Assembly: GCF_006345805.1 (NCBI RefSeq)
Contig: NC_043004.1
Location: forward strand, 105,214,001-105,278,000
Direction: 5' to 3'
Length of the DNA stretch: 64,000 bases
From: Octopus sinensis
Lineage: Eukaryota
Made by a program: the position numbers and the translations under genes. A model generated the notes under the pieces. It was not told where the DNA came from, ran no database searches, and was given only the letters and a program-made list of their open reading frames with translations. Positions 24,963-36,815 of this stretch are shown in pieces. Position 1 is the first letter of the stretch. Each line of letters starts with the position of its first letter.

Positions 24963-25183
24963 TTAATCCTTTAGTATTCAAATCAGCCATATCCAATCCA
25001 AATATTTGACTGGTTTTATGTTCAAACTGACTAGATCTGGCCTCTCACACCTACCCTACAATGTCATTCTAAAAATAAACAATCACATCATCAAAATCTG
25101 AAAGCTACAAGATGATATGTGATTAATTCAAAGCAATGTGAAGTTTTACATTTGAATGGATAATCAGAATGCTAAAGGGTTAA
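24963..25183 (-). mobile_element. piggyBac-type MITE, subfamily A
   Basis: TTAAtcctttagtatt ... aatgctaaagggTTAA. Confidence 0.85.
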
Positions 25184-25269
25184 TTAAACTTGCCTGCATG
25201 AGAAAATTTTTAAATGTATATTTTAATTCATCTATTATTTTGTCTGACTAGCACTGCCAGTGTCTACAG

Positions 25270-25600
25270 CAGGGGTTCTCAACCATTACCATTTTTTTTA
25301 TCTATGGACCCATTTGATTACTATTTTATTCTGGTAGACTCCCATAGCCATTCAATGGTTAAAAACTAGTTTTATAGAAACCTCTTACAAAATTCCTGTT
25401 TTGTTTTTCACAAATTAACTTGTGTAGGTTGAACTATGTAAAATGCTAGAGAAAGCAACCAAGCTGTTTCTTGCAATACATACCAATAAATACATATAAA
25501 GCAAAATTTTTTCAGGGACCCTCAAAATGCTACTGTTTTACAGTCTTTTTAAGGCCCTCACAGATTGGTCATGTGGATAGGGTTGGGGGTTCAGCTAGAA
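25270..25600. mobile_element. hAT-like MITE, right end degenerate
   Basis: Starts caggggttctcaacc, a typical hAT MITE terminus. Confidence 0.45.
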
Positions 25601-25722
25601 TCTTCATGGTAGGGAGGGTTGGTGTTACTGTAAAAGCTGCTGTCATAAGAAGGAAAGGCTGGGTGACATTGTTTTTTGGTATGGACGCTAAATTTCTGTT
25701 GGAACAACTGTGATAAAAATAC

Positions 25723-25809
25723 TTAACAAGTAACTTTGTTGTGCAGTGTTTAATTGAGAGTGACCAAGGGTGGAGAACTTGTAGCCTTTGAGCCAGAGAA
25801 TCCTGTTTT
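25723..25809 (-). CDS. Candidate coding exon, product unknown
   Basis: actttcttctag acceptor, AA|gtattt donor; frame KQDSLAQRLQVLHPWSLSIKHCTTKLLV is phase-compatible with 23878-23968. Confidence 0.18.
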
Positions 25810-25877
25810 CTAGAAGAAAGTTCACTTTAAGAAATAGTTTCTTTGTTGGTTGCATAATATGTATGTGTGTGTATATC

Positions 25878-26300
25878 ATCATCACCATCGTCATTTAATA
25901 TCTGTTGTCCATGCTGGCATGGTTTAGACAGTTTGGCAAGCTGGAAGGCTGCACCAGACTCCCGTTTGATTTGGTACAGTTTACTATGGCTGGATGCTCT
26001 TCCTAACGCCAACCACTCTGAGAGTGTAATGGGTGCTTTTACGTACCACCAGCACAGGTGTTATTTGCATGACACTAGTATCTGCCACAACTGCGATTTT
26101 GCTAATCTTGACAGGTCTTCTTCTCAAGCACGACATTATGCCAAAGGTCTTGGTCATTGCCACTGTGAAGTTCAATACTTGAAAGGAACTCGGCCACTTT
26201 GCCTCCGTGCGGCCCAATGCTCAAAATGAAATCTGCCACTTTGCCTCCGTGAGGCCCAACACTCAAAAGGAACTGGACCACTTTGCCTCCATGAGATATA
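25878..26300 (-). mobile_element. SINE B / RTE 3' module with three ~42-bp tandem units (26180-26295)
   Basis: Units aaaggaac...ccactttgcctccgtgaggcccaa; cat-repeat tail at the left end. Confidence 0.75.
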
Positions 26301-26361
26301 TGCTTCCCAACCATATGGTCTCTGGTTCAGTTACACTGCATGGCTCCTTGGGCTTCTGCCT

Positions 26362-26690
26362 TCTATTTTGGCTGGACGCGTAATGTTAGTGTGACTGAAT
26401 AATGTAGCATAAATGAGGTGAGCTAGGAATCAGATGTGTGTAAAATAAAAGACTGCTCTGGTATGAGCATGTGACATGCATGGAAAATGTCAGCTGTGTA
26501 AGGAAACTGTGAAAGCAAGAAGTGGAAAGAATTTGAAGAAGTGGGATTTGTTGGAAGACAAGGGAGAAAGTGGTTAAGGCTGCTCTCAAGAAATTGATCC
26601 TCCCAAAGGAGATGATAAATAAATTGCAATGAGTGGTGACATTTGGTGATGAGTTAGATTTGCCCATCTGTGCAAGCTGGTAAAATGGTG
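26362..26690 (+). mobile_element. Decayed RTE LINE 3' fragment
   Basis: Aligns by eye to RWMCNVSV...RRLRWYGHVMRM...GRPRKTW...; same family as 7110-7480. Confidence 0.6.
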
Positions 26691-26741
26691 GTGGTTATTC
26701 TCTTTTGTCATTCTCACTCTTACCTATGCCTATATCTATTG

Positions 26742-26926
26742 CAGTGCTCTGCAACCAGTATGCCGTGGCACACTGGGGTGCTGTGAGACGATGCTAGGTG
26801 TGTTGCAGTGTGGCCTGAATATAACTATTTCCCTATTCTTTTAGTTATATTTTTAGTTCAGGTGTGCTGCCGAATTTTGAGAAGAATAGAAGTGTACTGC
26901 AAGTGAAAAGAGGTTGTGGAGCTCTG
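26742..26926. mobile_element. hAT-like MITE
   Basis: TIR cagtgctctgcaacc / ggttgtggagctctg; 8-bp flanks atctattg / ctctatta (6 of 8 identical). Confidence 0.65.
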
Positions 26927-27299
26927 CTCTATTATTATCCCTCCTTCAACTACACTATTCGTTTCCTTTAAAATTTTCATTTTATACCCCATTCCTTTCA
27001 TTACCCTGTCAACTCCTTCCATTCCCTTTTCCCATATTACACCACTAATACTACATTTCTATTCCATCTCCTTAACAACTAGAACGTAGCTGTCTACCAT
27101 TGTCTCTCTCTCTTCTACGATTCCCTTCTTCTGGTTCTCTCTTCAGTCAGTCTGTTTCTTCCTCATTGCCCTCATATTTATGCTCTTTCTTTTATCATTT
27201 TCATTTTTGTTCAGTCTTAGCCATGTTTGCCTTGAACTAATGGAGACAGCATAGGTGGAGAGGACTCCTTAGTTTTGCTGATGACATGAAAATCTCTCT

Positions 27300-28020
27300 A
27301 GTGCTTGACAACCGATGCTGGTGTGTTTACGTCCCCGTAACTTAGCGGTTCGGCAAAACAGACCGATAGAATAAGTACTAGGCTTACAAAGAATAAGTCC
27401 TGGTGTCGATTTCCTCGACTAAAAAATGTGGTGCTCCAGCATGGCCACAGTCACATGGCTGAAACAAGTAAAAGAGAGCTATAAAACGAACCGACTATAT
27501 TGTAAAGTGGTTAGCATCAGGAAATAACCAGAGAAACCATGCCAAAATGGAATGTATAAAGGAGACGTGATCCTTTGAACCATCTAAGGGTAGAAAGAAC
27601 TGACTTGGATTGGAACAACCTTTTCAGTCTATGTCAGCATAGAAAGCAGATATAAAATGATGATGATAATTATCATCACTGTTTAATGTCTCTTTTCCAT
27701 GCTGGCATAGATTGGATGGCATGACAGATGCTAGCAAACCAGAAGACTGCCTTAAGCTCCAGTGTCTTCTTTGGCATTGTTTCTATGGCTAGATGCTCTT
27801 CTTTACACATACCATTTGACAGAGTGTACTGGGTTCTTTTTGCATGATGCAGGCTCCAGTGAGGGCACCAAGTAACTTGCAAGGCAAGACCCCCTCAAAC
27901 GAGTGGGGAAGAAGTATTGGGAAAGCTGGCTTTATTCTAGTGACGAGAGATTAAAATATGATAGAGGGACAGGAACATGTCTTGCTGTAGGAGCCACACA
28001 TGGTTACTCCAGATGGAAAA
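27300..28020. mobile_element. Cluster: SINE A 3' half (+, 27300-27478) and back-to-back SINE B fragments
   Basis: gcttgacaaccgatgctggtgtgtttacgtccccg; gatgatgat junction at ~27660. Confidence 0.7.
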
Positions 28021-28343
28021 GAGACATGGTAGTGAATGCAGAATTTTTTCTTTGTCTGAAGGATTGAATGAAGAATATATCTTTATATTATATTCTCAAA
28101 TGGTGATAGAATAATCTATTAATCTGGCATTAATTTAATTGCTTTTTCTCTCTCCACAAATGTATTGTCTTTTGCTTACTTATGAAATTATGAATATTTT
28201 CTAAACTTTGAAAACAAATACCTAGTATCTGTCTTTATTCACTTTTTAAATATTGTTTTCATCCTTGTTCACTTCAAGAAAATATAAACATACATTCTAT
28301 ACTTGTGTATACAAATTTATGAAGTTAAAAAAATATGATTATA

Positions 28344-28740
28344 GGCGCAGGAGTGGCTGTGTGGTAAGTAGCTTGCTAACCAACCACATGGTTCCGGGTT
28401 CAGTCCCACTGCGTGGCATCTTGGGCAAGTGTCTTCTGTTATAGCCCTGGGCCGACCAATGCCTTGTGAGTGGATTTGGTAGATGGAAACTGAAAGAAGC
28501 CTGTCGTATATATGTATATATATGTGTGTATGTGTTGTGTGTCTGTGTTTGTCCCCCTAGCATTGCTTGACAACCGATGCTGGTGTGTTTATGTCCCCGT
28601 TACTTAGCGGTTCGGCAAAAGAGACCGATAGAATAAGTACTGGGCTTACAAAAGAATAAGTCCCGGGATCGAGTTTCTCGATTAAAGGCGGTGCTCCAGC
28701 ATAGCCGCAGTCAAATGACTGAAACAAGTAAAAGAGTAAT
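28344..28740 (+). mobile_element. Young full-length SINE family A
   Basis: ggcgcaggagtggctgtgtggtaagtagcttgc...gaaacaagtaaaagag; nearly identical to 18109. Confidence 0.92.
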
Positions 28741-29509
28741 AGTAAAATCATTTGGAAAGTTCTTTTTTCTGCTTCATTTTGAAGTTTGATAATTGAAATT
28801 ATTAATTATCTTTAAAATAGTGATGATTATTATTTTGTTTGAATTCATTCATTTCACTGACATTGCTGAAAGTAAGTCATGAATGTCAAAAATATTTAAA
28901 ATTTCTTATCTTGTACCAAGGTAAGAAGTCAATAACATTTGTTATAATATTAGTAATAATAATGATAGCTATAATAGTAATTGTTCTTGTTTTGTTTGTT
29001 ACTAATTAAGCTGTAAGGCTTTAATAATTATAGTTATAATGTTTGATAACAATAATAAAATTTCTAATAATGATAGTAATAGTAATGGCTATTTTAAATG
29101 AGTAGTAAAGTTAACAGTTAACAATTTGTACATTTTGAAGTAACCAGCCTGCCAGCTAGCTAAGCCAGTCAGCTAGGTTTCTCACCATAAAGCTGTTGGT
29201 TGGTAGCAAGAGTAACCAAGCACATGTTGTCCTGACTGACTGGGTCAGTTAGGATAAGATGTGACCTCTATTTGGGTAGATAGCTGGCTTTGAACAAAAC
29301 AAAACACCACCAGCAATCCTAGCAGCAAGTCATTGTGTCCAGTTGAGTGGCTGGAGTAGGCAGGCCAGACTATTATAGTGCCCTGGAATGTAGTGGTAGT
29401 GTCAATGGGACCATCACAATCATTTTTATCTGATTTGTCAGTTTGATCTAGTTTTAAGTTCTCAAACTCTAACTGGAGGAGATGTGAACACTCTTATTTC
29501 AATCACCAC

Positions 29510-29860
29510 CTTTACTTGGTTAGTTGCTGGACAGACATTAGAGTAGTATCTTATTTCTGTCATAATGGTCAATGTTCTGGCCTGAAATAAATCACTTAAG
29601 TTATAATGGATTATTAGATCTACTGGACATCAGTTGTCCTCATTTTCTAATGGTCATTTCTGGCCTAAATCAAACCACTACAGTTAGGATTGTTTCACTG
29701 GGCAAACATTGTCTTGATAGTGCTTCTCCTTTCATGATGGGTCAGTAAAGGAAATTTTTTAAAACTAAACAATCTTTAAAATTTTGGTAGATAATCTGAG
29801 GGTGTTTTTTTTCTTTGTCTAAAATGGTCACTGTTAAGCCTGTTTGAAAACGAAATCACT
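29510..29860. repeat. Degenerate ~85-bp tandem repeat, 3-4 units
   Basis: aatggtca..tggcct..aaa..cact at 29564, 29649 and 29823; ctggac/ctgggc..acatt also recurs. Confidence 0.45.
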
Positions 29861-30319
29861 AAAATTTCATGGATGTTTACATGGAATCATGGTAAGAAGG
29901 ATTTTATTTCATTCTCTTTCATTTTTTTCTTTACTTCCTTGCTTTTTTTAATATTTCCATCTTTACTTTCTTTAGCTATTCTATTTTTTCCTTCACTTCA
30001 GTTTTCAGTTGATATTTTTTCTGTCAGAGTGAAAGTAATATGTTTTGTTAACTGGTCTCTCAATTTAGCTCCATTAAATATACTTCTCTGCTCTCTTCAT
30101 TTTTAACAATTTTTTTCTTCCTTCCCTTCCCCCCCACCTCTTTCTTTCACTGTGTTTCACCAAAAGAATGTTCTCATACAGATATCTTCCACAGTCTTAA
30201 CAATCCCGAAGGAAAAAAAAAAAAGACAAAATCTATCCATTTCTAACATTTTTTTATATTTAGTTTTCAGAGAAAGCATATTTTAAAAGGATATACAATA
30301 TAGGTGTAGTGTGGAGATG

Positions 30320-30320
30320 A

Positions 30321-30354
<34 letters not shown>

Positions 30355-30452
30355 ATCGTGGTGGCAGTGGTGATGATGATGGTGATGATGATGGTGGTGG
30401 TGGTATGGCGAGAGGATAGTGATGTGTGGTGGGAGTAGTAGTAGTAGTAATG
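30320..30452. repeat. Compound triplet microsatellite (TGG/TAG/TGA)n
   Basis: Direct reading; source of spurious poly-His/Thr/Leu ORFs. Confidence 0.9.
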
Positions 30453-31499
30453 GTGAAAATGAGGTTTTGGTATGTTGGAGGTGATAATTTTGCAATCCAT
30501 AATTTCAACTTCTCAAACATTCAATCACCGCCATTTATTTAACGTATCCATCCATTCACTTGATTATTTCTTACCAAGATATTTTCCACGAAATATATTT
30601 CATGCTTTATTCATGATCATAAATAGAAATAATTTATACAATATCATCTTTCATGTAAAGGAAAAAAAAAAAAAATCCTCCAAACCCCCAGAGCAGTAAA
30701 TTTTTTTCTTTGTACTTCATCCTAAAAGATGAAACATTCGCGCGTGCGAGCACAAGTATGCACACGACCACTGTGTACGCGTGCGTGAGTGTATATGTGT
30801 GTGTATATATATATACATATAATATACTTAATGTATTTACACACACTCACACACATGTATACACACACACACATACACGTGTGTCATATAAATGTATAGA
30901 GTTCTTTTAGTTTGTTTTAGATGTTACGGTCAAATAGTTGTCAGAGCACAATATAACGGACCATAACACTTTTGGGATCTTTTTCACCAATTTCTTCAGA
31001 TATGTTTTCAACGTGAAGAAAATTCATTTTATGAAATTTTCTATCACCATTTAGCAAAGAAGAACAAAACTTTTTACGAAATTTCTATCCATTTGTTTTA
31101 ATTTCTGTGTTTGAAATGGCAGACTTAAGATTCTGCTCCCAATTTTTTTCAAAATATATTTTCGAAACTGAAAACGAAAAGTTTCTGTTATGAAATCTTT
31201 CATTGTGTGTGTGCGTATACAGAATGTATGAAGCGGAATTCTGATCTAAGCACCATTCACCGGTCGTAACTTTTTCCCCCCACAGATTTTCGGCTTTATG
31301 GTTTAGAAACTTAAAGATTTACAATTAAAAAAAAGAATTTTAGTTTTTTTTTTAAATTCCCTTCCCTTCGAGATTTTCTGATTTGTAGTTTTTATGAGTT
31401 TCCTTTACTTTTTAATTTGTTTTAAAAACCGATCATTATGATTCTGCCATATCCTTTTTTAGTCATCAGAACTTGAAAATAATCTTTAGAAATCGGAAA

Positions 31500-32280
31500 T
31501 GAAAAAGTTAAGTATAGCAAAACAATCATCCGAGCGGCATGAGACATAAATGCCGTATTTTTGGTTTTGTGTGTCTTAACGGCATTGTTGTACATTTATA
31601 TGCACAAAACGCGTATTAGGCCCCGCTAGGACCTTTAAGGGGCTCCCAGGCAACTAACTATCCAATGTGTCCATGTGAGCCTTTTTTTTTCGGAGTAAGT
31701 CTCAATTTAAAGGCGGCATTCATTATAAAAGTATTCTTTCGTTTTGCTTGGGAAAACCGTGGCGAAGAACAAATCTGGTATAACAATGCGGTCACTTGAT
31801 CCGCGCTCAGTAAGACAAGCAACAAGTCTTTAATTAATAGTTTTTTTGAGAGAAATTCATTACTATTTTTGTTCTTTCTCAATAAATTATATTTACATAT
31901 TGAAGAATAAAGCTTTTATAATTTGCACGTTCACTTCCGCGCGCACACACGCACGCACTCTGTCTGTCATGCGCGGAACTGCGTCACGTTTTCATTTTCG
32001 ATTTCGGAAATTATTCTTAACTTTCGAGGAAAAAATGGCAGAATTGTAATGTCAGTTTTGAAAAAAATTGTTATTAAAATAAATTGAAAATTTTAAGGGT
32101 TTGGGTGAAAAGATAATTAAAATAATATTAATAATAAAAAAAGGCATTGACACGCATTTTTAACATTTTCTATTCTTTATTCTCAGTGACGTTACTACGT
32201 TCCTCTGAATCCAGGATTTATTTGTGTGTGAGTGTATGTCGGGGCGGATGTAAATATTACCTCCGCCTATATAGGTATGT
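31500..32280. promoter_or_regulatory. CpG-rich promoter-like island, possibly bidirectional
   Basis: Dense CpG in CpG-poor DNA; ETS-like cacttccg 31932, NRF1-like catgcgc 31968, CRE-like tgcgtcacg 31980, YY1-like aaaatggc 32032; plus-strand donors gtaagt 31695, gtaaga 31810, gtgagt 32228, gtatgt 32275; acceptor at 32186. Confidence 0.65.
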
Positions 32281-32289
32281 ATGCATGCC

Positions 32290-33235
32290 ATTGTTCAGTT
32301 TTATTTCAAGATTTCTTGCCAATAGAGGAAGAGCCAGTTTCTAACCTAGATTCAAGGCTCTTTCAATAGAATTTCAACATCAGCAGCAACAGGGTATTTT
32401 ATGTATGTATACTTGCAGATTTGTATGTTTCACTTTATGTCTATTCTCATGCATATAGTTGCACATCTAAATATACTCATATATATTTAAATGATAAACT
32501 TCTGGAAAATTGTACAGAATTCTACAGTTCCAGTGATGGAGTGGATCTGTAGTCTTCGAATTAGCTTTCTCCTTTCTGGTTTTGAGAAGCCTGATTTCTC
32601 AAGATTGGTATTTAGGCAGTGTGTTACATATCCCAGGGTCCCAATAATTACTGGTATAAACCTGAACTTGTAATCTGGATAGAGTAACTGCAGACTTCTC
32701 ACTAGTTCAGCATAGGTGTTCTCTTTTTCACTGATCTTCAGTGCACAGTTTCTCTCCTCTATCCCAAATCATTATATCAGGTCTGTTGTGCTTACATTTT
32801 ATTGAGGTCTTCACTGGTACATTCCACCAGTACTCCTTTTTATTATGAGTGGCTATGGTTTCTACCATACTGTGGGTTCTGATTTCATTATAGAGTGTCC
32901 TATCTACAACATCATAAATAAATAATACCGTGATGACATTTTCGGACCACTGCTTATGATGTGGGTGATATCTTCGGTGTTAACTCCATAAAGTTTGCAT
33001 CGGTTGCCATGTTTTACTGCTTTTCCTGCATCTCTATCCCTTTTGTGCATCAGGTACCAGGTTATTTCCTGTTCCTGGATTGCAAATGCATACCCTTCAA
33101 AGTGGGAGGTAGTAATTCCGGTTATTGGTCCATGATAAACTGCTTTGATGATCGATTTTACTCTCATCTTACTTTCATATCCATGCATAGTCTTCTGCTC
33201 ATACAGGCTCATCCTTTCATCTGATGACACATTGT
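32290..33235 (-). mobile_element. Dong/R4-clade LINE 3' fragment (restriction-like endonuclease) with 3' UTR
   Basis: Cys/His-knuckle remnant CKLYGVNTEDITHIISSGP, HNRPDIMIWD, and C-terminal LYPDYKFRFIPVIIGTLG; frameshifted. Confidence 0.8.
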
Positions 33236-33549
33236 GGTAGAGTTGTGTGACTTCTTAGCAGACTGGAGCAATGTAAAACAGGGGTACATGTTTGTAAGCA
33301 AACACACTCACAAACACACACATTTTAAAATCTGCTTCTCCATGAATAGCATGGGTTACACAAAATCTTGTGGGGTGATTTTTTTTTTTTATATGGCCTG
33401 GTGCTCTTCCTGTCACCAACCTGTTTCCAAGCAAGTTGATAATTCCTCTGGTTCTCTATAAGAGAAACACTTCAGTGGTCAGACATGTTTTGGTGGAATA
33501 TTATAAAAAAAAATATTTGTTTTTCTTATGAATAGCAACTTCCTCATAT

Positions 33550-33587
<38 letters not shown>

Positions 33588-34724
33588 CACATGATCATGT
33601 GATCAACCAGACTATCGGATGTTATACATCGCTGGTCACAATGTGCTTTGCATCATCTTAGCTTTTGAATGATGCTACCCTACTGGTTAGGTATGTATCA
33701 TGATGTTGAACTGTTAATCCCTTTGCATTTTTTTCTCTCTCCATTTTCCCCGCCTCATTCCTTTCTGTTGAAGAGGATAGGATTGAAACCTCAAAGACTT
33801 TTCCATTCTTTGTGAGTATCAAACTAACACGCCCATTTGTTGTTCCTTCACCTGTTTTCATATCTTGTTTTTTGTTAATTTGAACTCTGTCTGTCTGTCT
33901 ACCTACACACACACACGCATAAATGTATGTGTGTGTGTGTAATTTTCTTGGGAACATGTGAATGTCGGTGGCAGGAAGGACATCCAGCTGTAGAAAATCT
34001 GCTTCAGCAAATTCTGTCTGACCCTTGCAATCATGGAAAAGTGGTTGTTAAATATATATGTGTGGGATGAATTTTATCCAAAATTGTTGGCTATCACTTT
34101 TGCAACATCTTTACACTCCATCCCACTCCATTTTCCCTACCACTAGCAAGCTGTTTAGTGTTTTATTATAGGTTAATCAACTTCCTACTGCACATCACCT
34201 CCTACGAACATCACCGATTTTATCTGTTGATCCCACATTTCCCTCTCTTCTCCCTTGGCCCCAGTCCACTCCCCTATTTCTATTTTTATTAGCAATGAAT
34301 ACATTTATTATTCAACAGGTTTCCATTTTCACAAATTATAATACCACCAGCCTTTATGAGCTGTTTCATGTTCCTAATTAGTTTCTTGTTGTGGTGGTGG
34401 TAGGACTGCTAATGATGATCCATGTGATGGGCTGTGGTGCAAGCAATGATGTGTGTGTGTGAGAAAGAGAGAGAGAGAGAGACTTGCTTGGTCAAAGCCT
34501 TTTACAGAGCCATCTTTAATTGTAGGGACTAGTTTGAGTGCGATTTGGTTAACTCCAGCTGACCTAGTGACTGCATGGATGCTTCATCTTCCTTTGCTTT
34601 TTATGTCTGTTTTCCCACGCTTGCACGAGTTTCATGAGCATGTAATTGAGGCATTATTTACTTCCAGATGCACTTCTTATTGCAAACCCATAACTGCTTC
34701 TCACCTAAGTTACAGGGAGAGAAA

Positions 34725-34940
34725 AAACCCAGCACCAGTTATCAAGCAGTGGTGCTTGGGCAAACACAAAGACATATGCATTCATATATTACACACACAC
34801 AGTTTCTGTCTACCAAATTCACTCACAAGGCACTAATTGATTCAGGGCTATAATAGCCCAAAGTACCACAAAGTGGGACTGAACCTGAAATCATATGGTT
34901 GCAAAGCAGGCTTCTTAAACACAACCACCTATATGTTTCC
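34725..34940 (-). mobile_element. SINE family A fragment
   Basis: accaaattcactcacaaggc..gggactgaacctgaaatcatatggttgc. Confidence 0.65.
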
Positions 34941-35053
34941 TAAAGTAGCAGTTCTCTCTCACTCTCTCTCCCTCCCTCTGTCTCTCTCTCTTCACCCCTT
35001 GATCAAATGCCTTTCAGTGATGATCTCATTACCCTTTTCCAAACATAATACAT

Positions 35054-35282
35054 TTAAACCCTTTTGTTATGCTCCAGTTGGAACACACTGCTTTTGTTTC
35101 AGTTAATTTTGAAACCACTGAAGAATTAAGTGTAATCATAACTTTTTCACTATTAAGCTGGTGTTTGAAATATGAATTAACATAAATTTCTTATGGGAGA
35201 TTTAAATTTAGATCACTTTAAAATTTGAAGTTTGTATCAGAGACAGGGGTAGTCTCAGGTGGGTTGGTATCAGAAGGATTAA
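35054..35282 (+). mobile_element. piggyBac-type MITE, subfamily B
   Basis: ttaaaccctttt-gttat ... gggttggtatcagaaggattaa. Confidence 0.7.
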
Positions 35283-35824
35283 GATTACATTATCTAACGT
35301 GTCCTCTTTTTAAGATCGGTGTGAATGAAATTCAGCTCTGTTCCTACCCAGTACAGTACAGTGACTGACTGTAGAATCGTAGAATCTCTGGAGGTCCACA
35401 GCAGCTAGTTAGAATCACCTATCTAAAATTATATGCATAATTTTCACTGGTCTCAAATCTACAAATTTTGTAATTATTATCACAGTAATTATATACTATT
35501 TACTATGCAACATATAATTACAAGCATAGCATCTTTTAAGTTATAATTATATGGTAGATGCCTGATACAGCCTGCAAATTGTATGTCAACTGTCTTTAAA
35601 TGTGGATATTAGTGTTAGATGTGGTTGGAGGCTGTTGAATTTGTATCATGAGAATTACTAATATTGTAAAGATACATACAGGAATTAAAGTTTTATACTT
35701 GTCAAATTTTATGTAAGAAATGTAAAGGATTGCTAAAAAAAAGCTTCCCCACTCCTCATATGGATGAAATGTCAACTATTTCAGTTGTATTTGCAGTATT
35801 ATATAATCTGTGCATGAAATACTA

Positions 35825-36815
35825 ATATTGTTTCAGGTTTTTGTGCAAGTCCAGCAATTTTAGAGGAAGTGGGGCTAATTGATTATATTTACTCCAAACT
35901 GTTACTTCATTTTATTGACCCCTAAAAGATGAAAGGCAAAGTTGACCCTGGTATTTGAACTCAGAATTAAAGAGCTAAAAGAAATGCCACAGGGCATTTT
36001 TTTTCAGCATGCTAACAATTCTGCCTGCTTGATACCTTACATGAGGTAGGAATATTAGTTTCAACCCCAGTGCTCAGCTGGTACCTATTTTGTTGACCCC
36101 AAAAAGATAAAAGGCAAAGTTGACCGTGACTGAATTTGAACTCAAAATGCAAAGACAGATGAAATGCTGCTCAGCATTTTGTCCAGTTTGTGCAAATGAT
36201 TCTGTCAGCTCAAACACCAACTAAAACGGGCAGGTTGGCGGAATTGTAAGCATGCTGGACAAAGTGATTAGCAACATTTTGTCCATCTTGATGTTGTTAG
36301 TTCCACTGAGGTAAACTTCACCTTTTATCCTTTTGGGGTCAAAAAAATAAGTACCAGATGAGCACTGGGCAGGGGTGGCGGTCGTCGGTATAATTGATTT
36401 ACCCCTCCCCTAAAATTGGTGGCCTTGTGCCAAAGTTTGAAACCAATATTAACACCACTTGTCCTATTTCTATAAAAAAGGTACTGCATGGCCAAATGGT
36501 TTAAAGTTTGCTTTACGACTGGGAGGTTCTGGGTTCAATCCCACTGCATGGTATCTTGGGCAAATGTGATTTTCTATAGCCTTAGGTTGCCCCATACCTT
36601 GTGAGTGAAATTGGGTAGACAGAAACTATGCATAAGCTCATTGGATGGATTATACCTGTAATTCAAAAAGATACAGCCTTGTCATGTGCACTGTATCATG
36701 CAGATTCTGTCTGAGAATTACATTAAGGGTACACATGTCTGTGGAATGCTCAGTCACTTACATGTTAAAAGGAAGGAGCAGATAATTCAGTTGATCAACC
36801 AGCTAAGTCCTCTTT
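35825..36815. mobile_element. SINE C cluster (two minus copies, one plus) followed by SINE D (36480-36815, +)
   Basis: Repeated gacccc-aaaagatgaaaggcaaagttgacc..tttgaactcag; tRNA-like head at 36480. Confidence 0.7.

Noticed and set aside
26180-26295. Regularly spaced repeats resembling a CRISPR array (also 7628-7830)
   Set aside because: Eukaryotic context, no unique spacers, no cas genes; the units are part of a retroelement.
30260-30520. His/Thr/Pro-rich ORFs, and similar ones at 54819-55223
   Set aside because: Products of triplet microsatellites; open in several frames with no splice context.
32035-32210. Spliced MAEFDVTT resembling the eIF3e N-terminus (MAEYDLTT)
   Set aside because: A stop follows after 10 codons and the conserved DRHLVFPLLEFL is absent.
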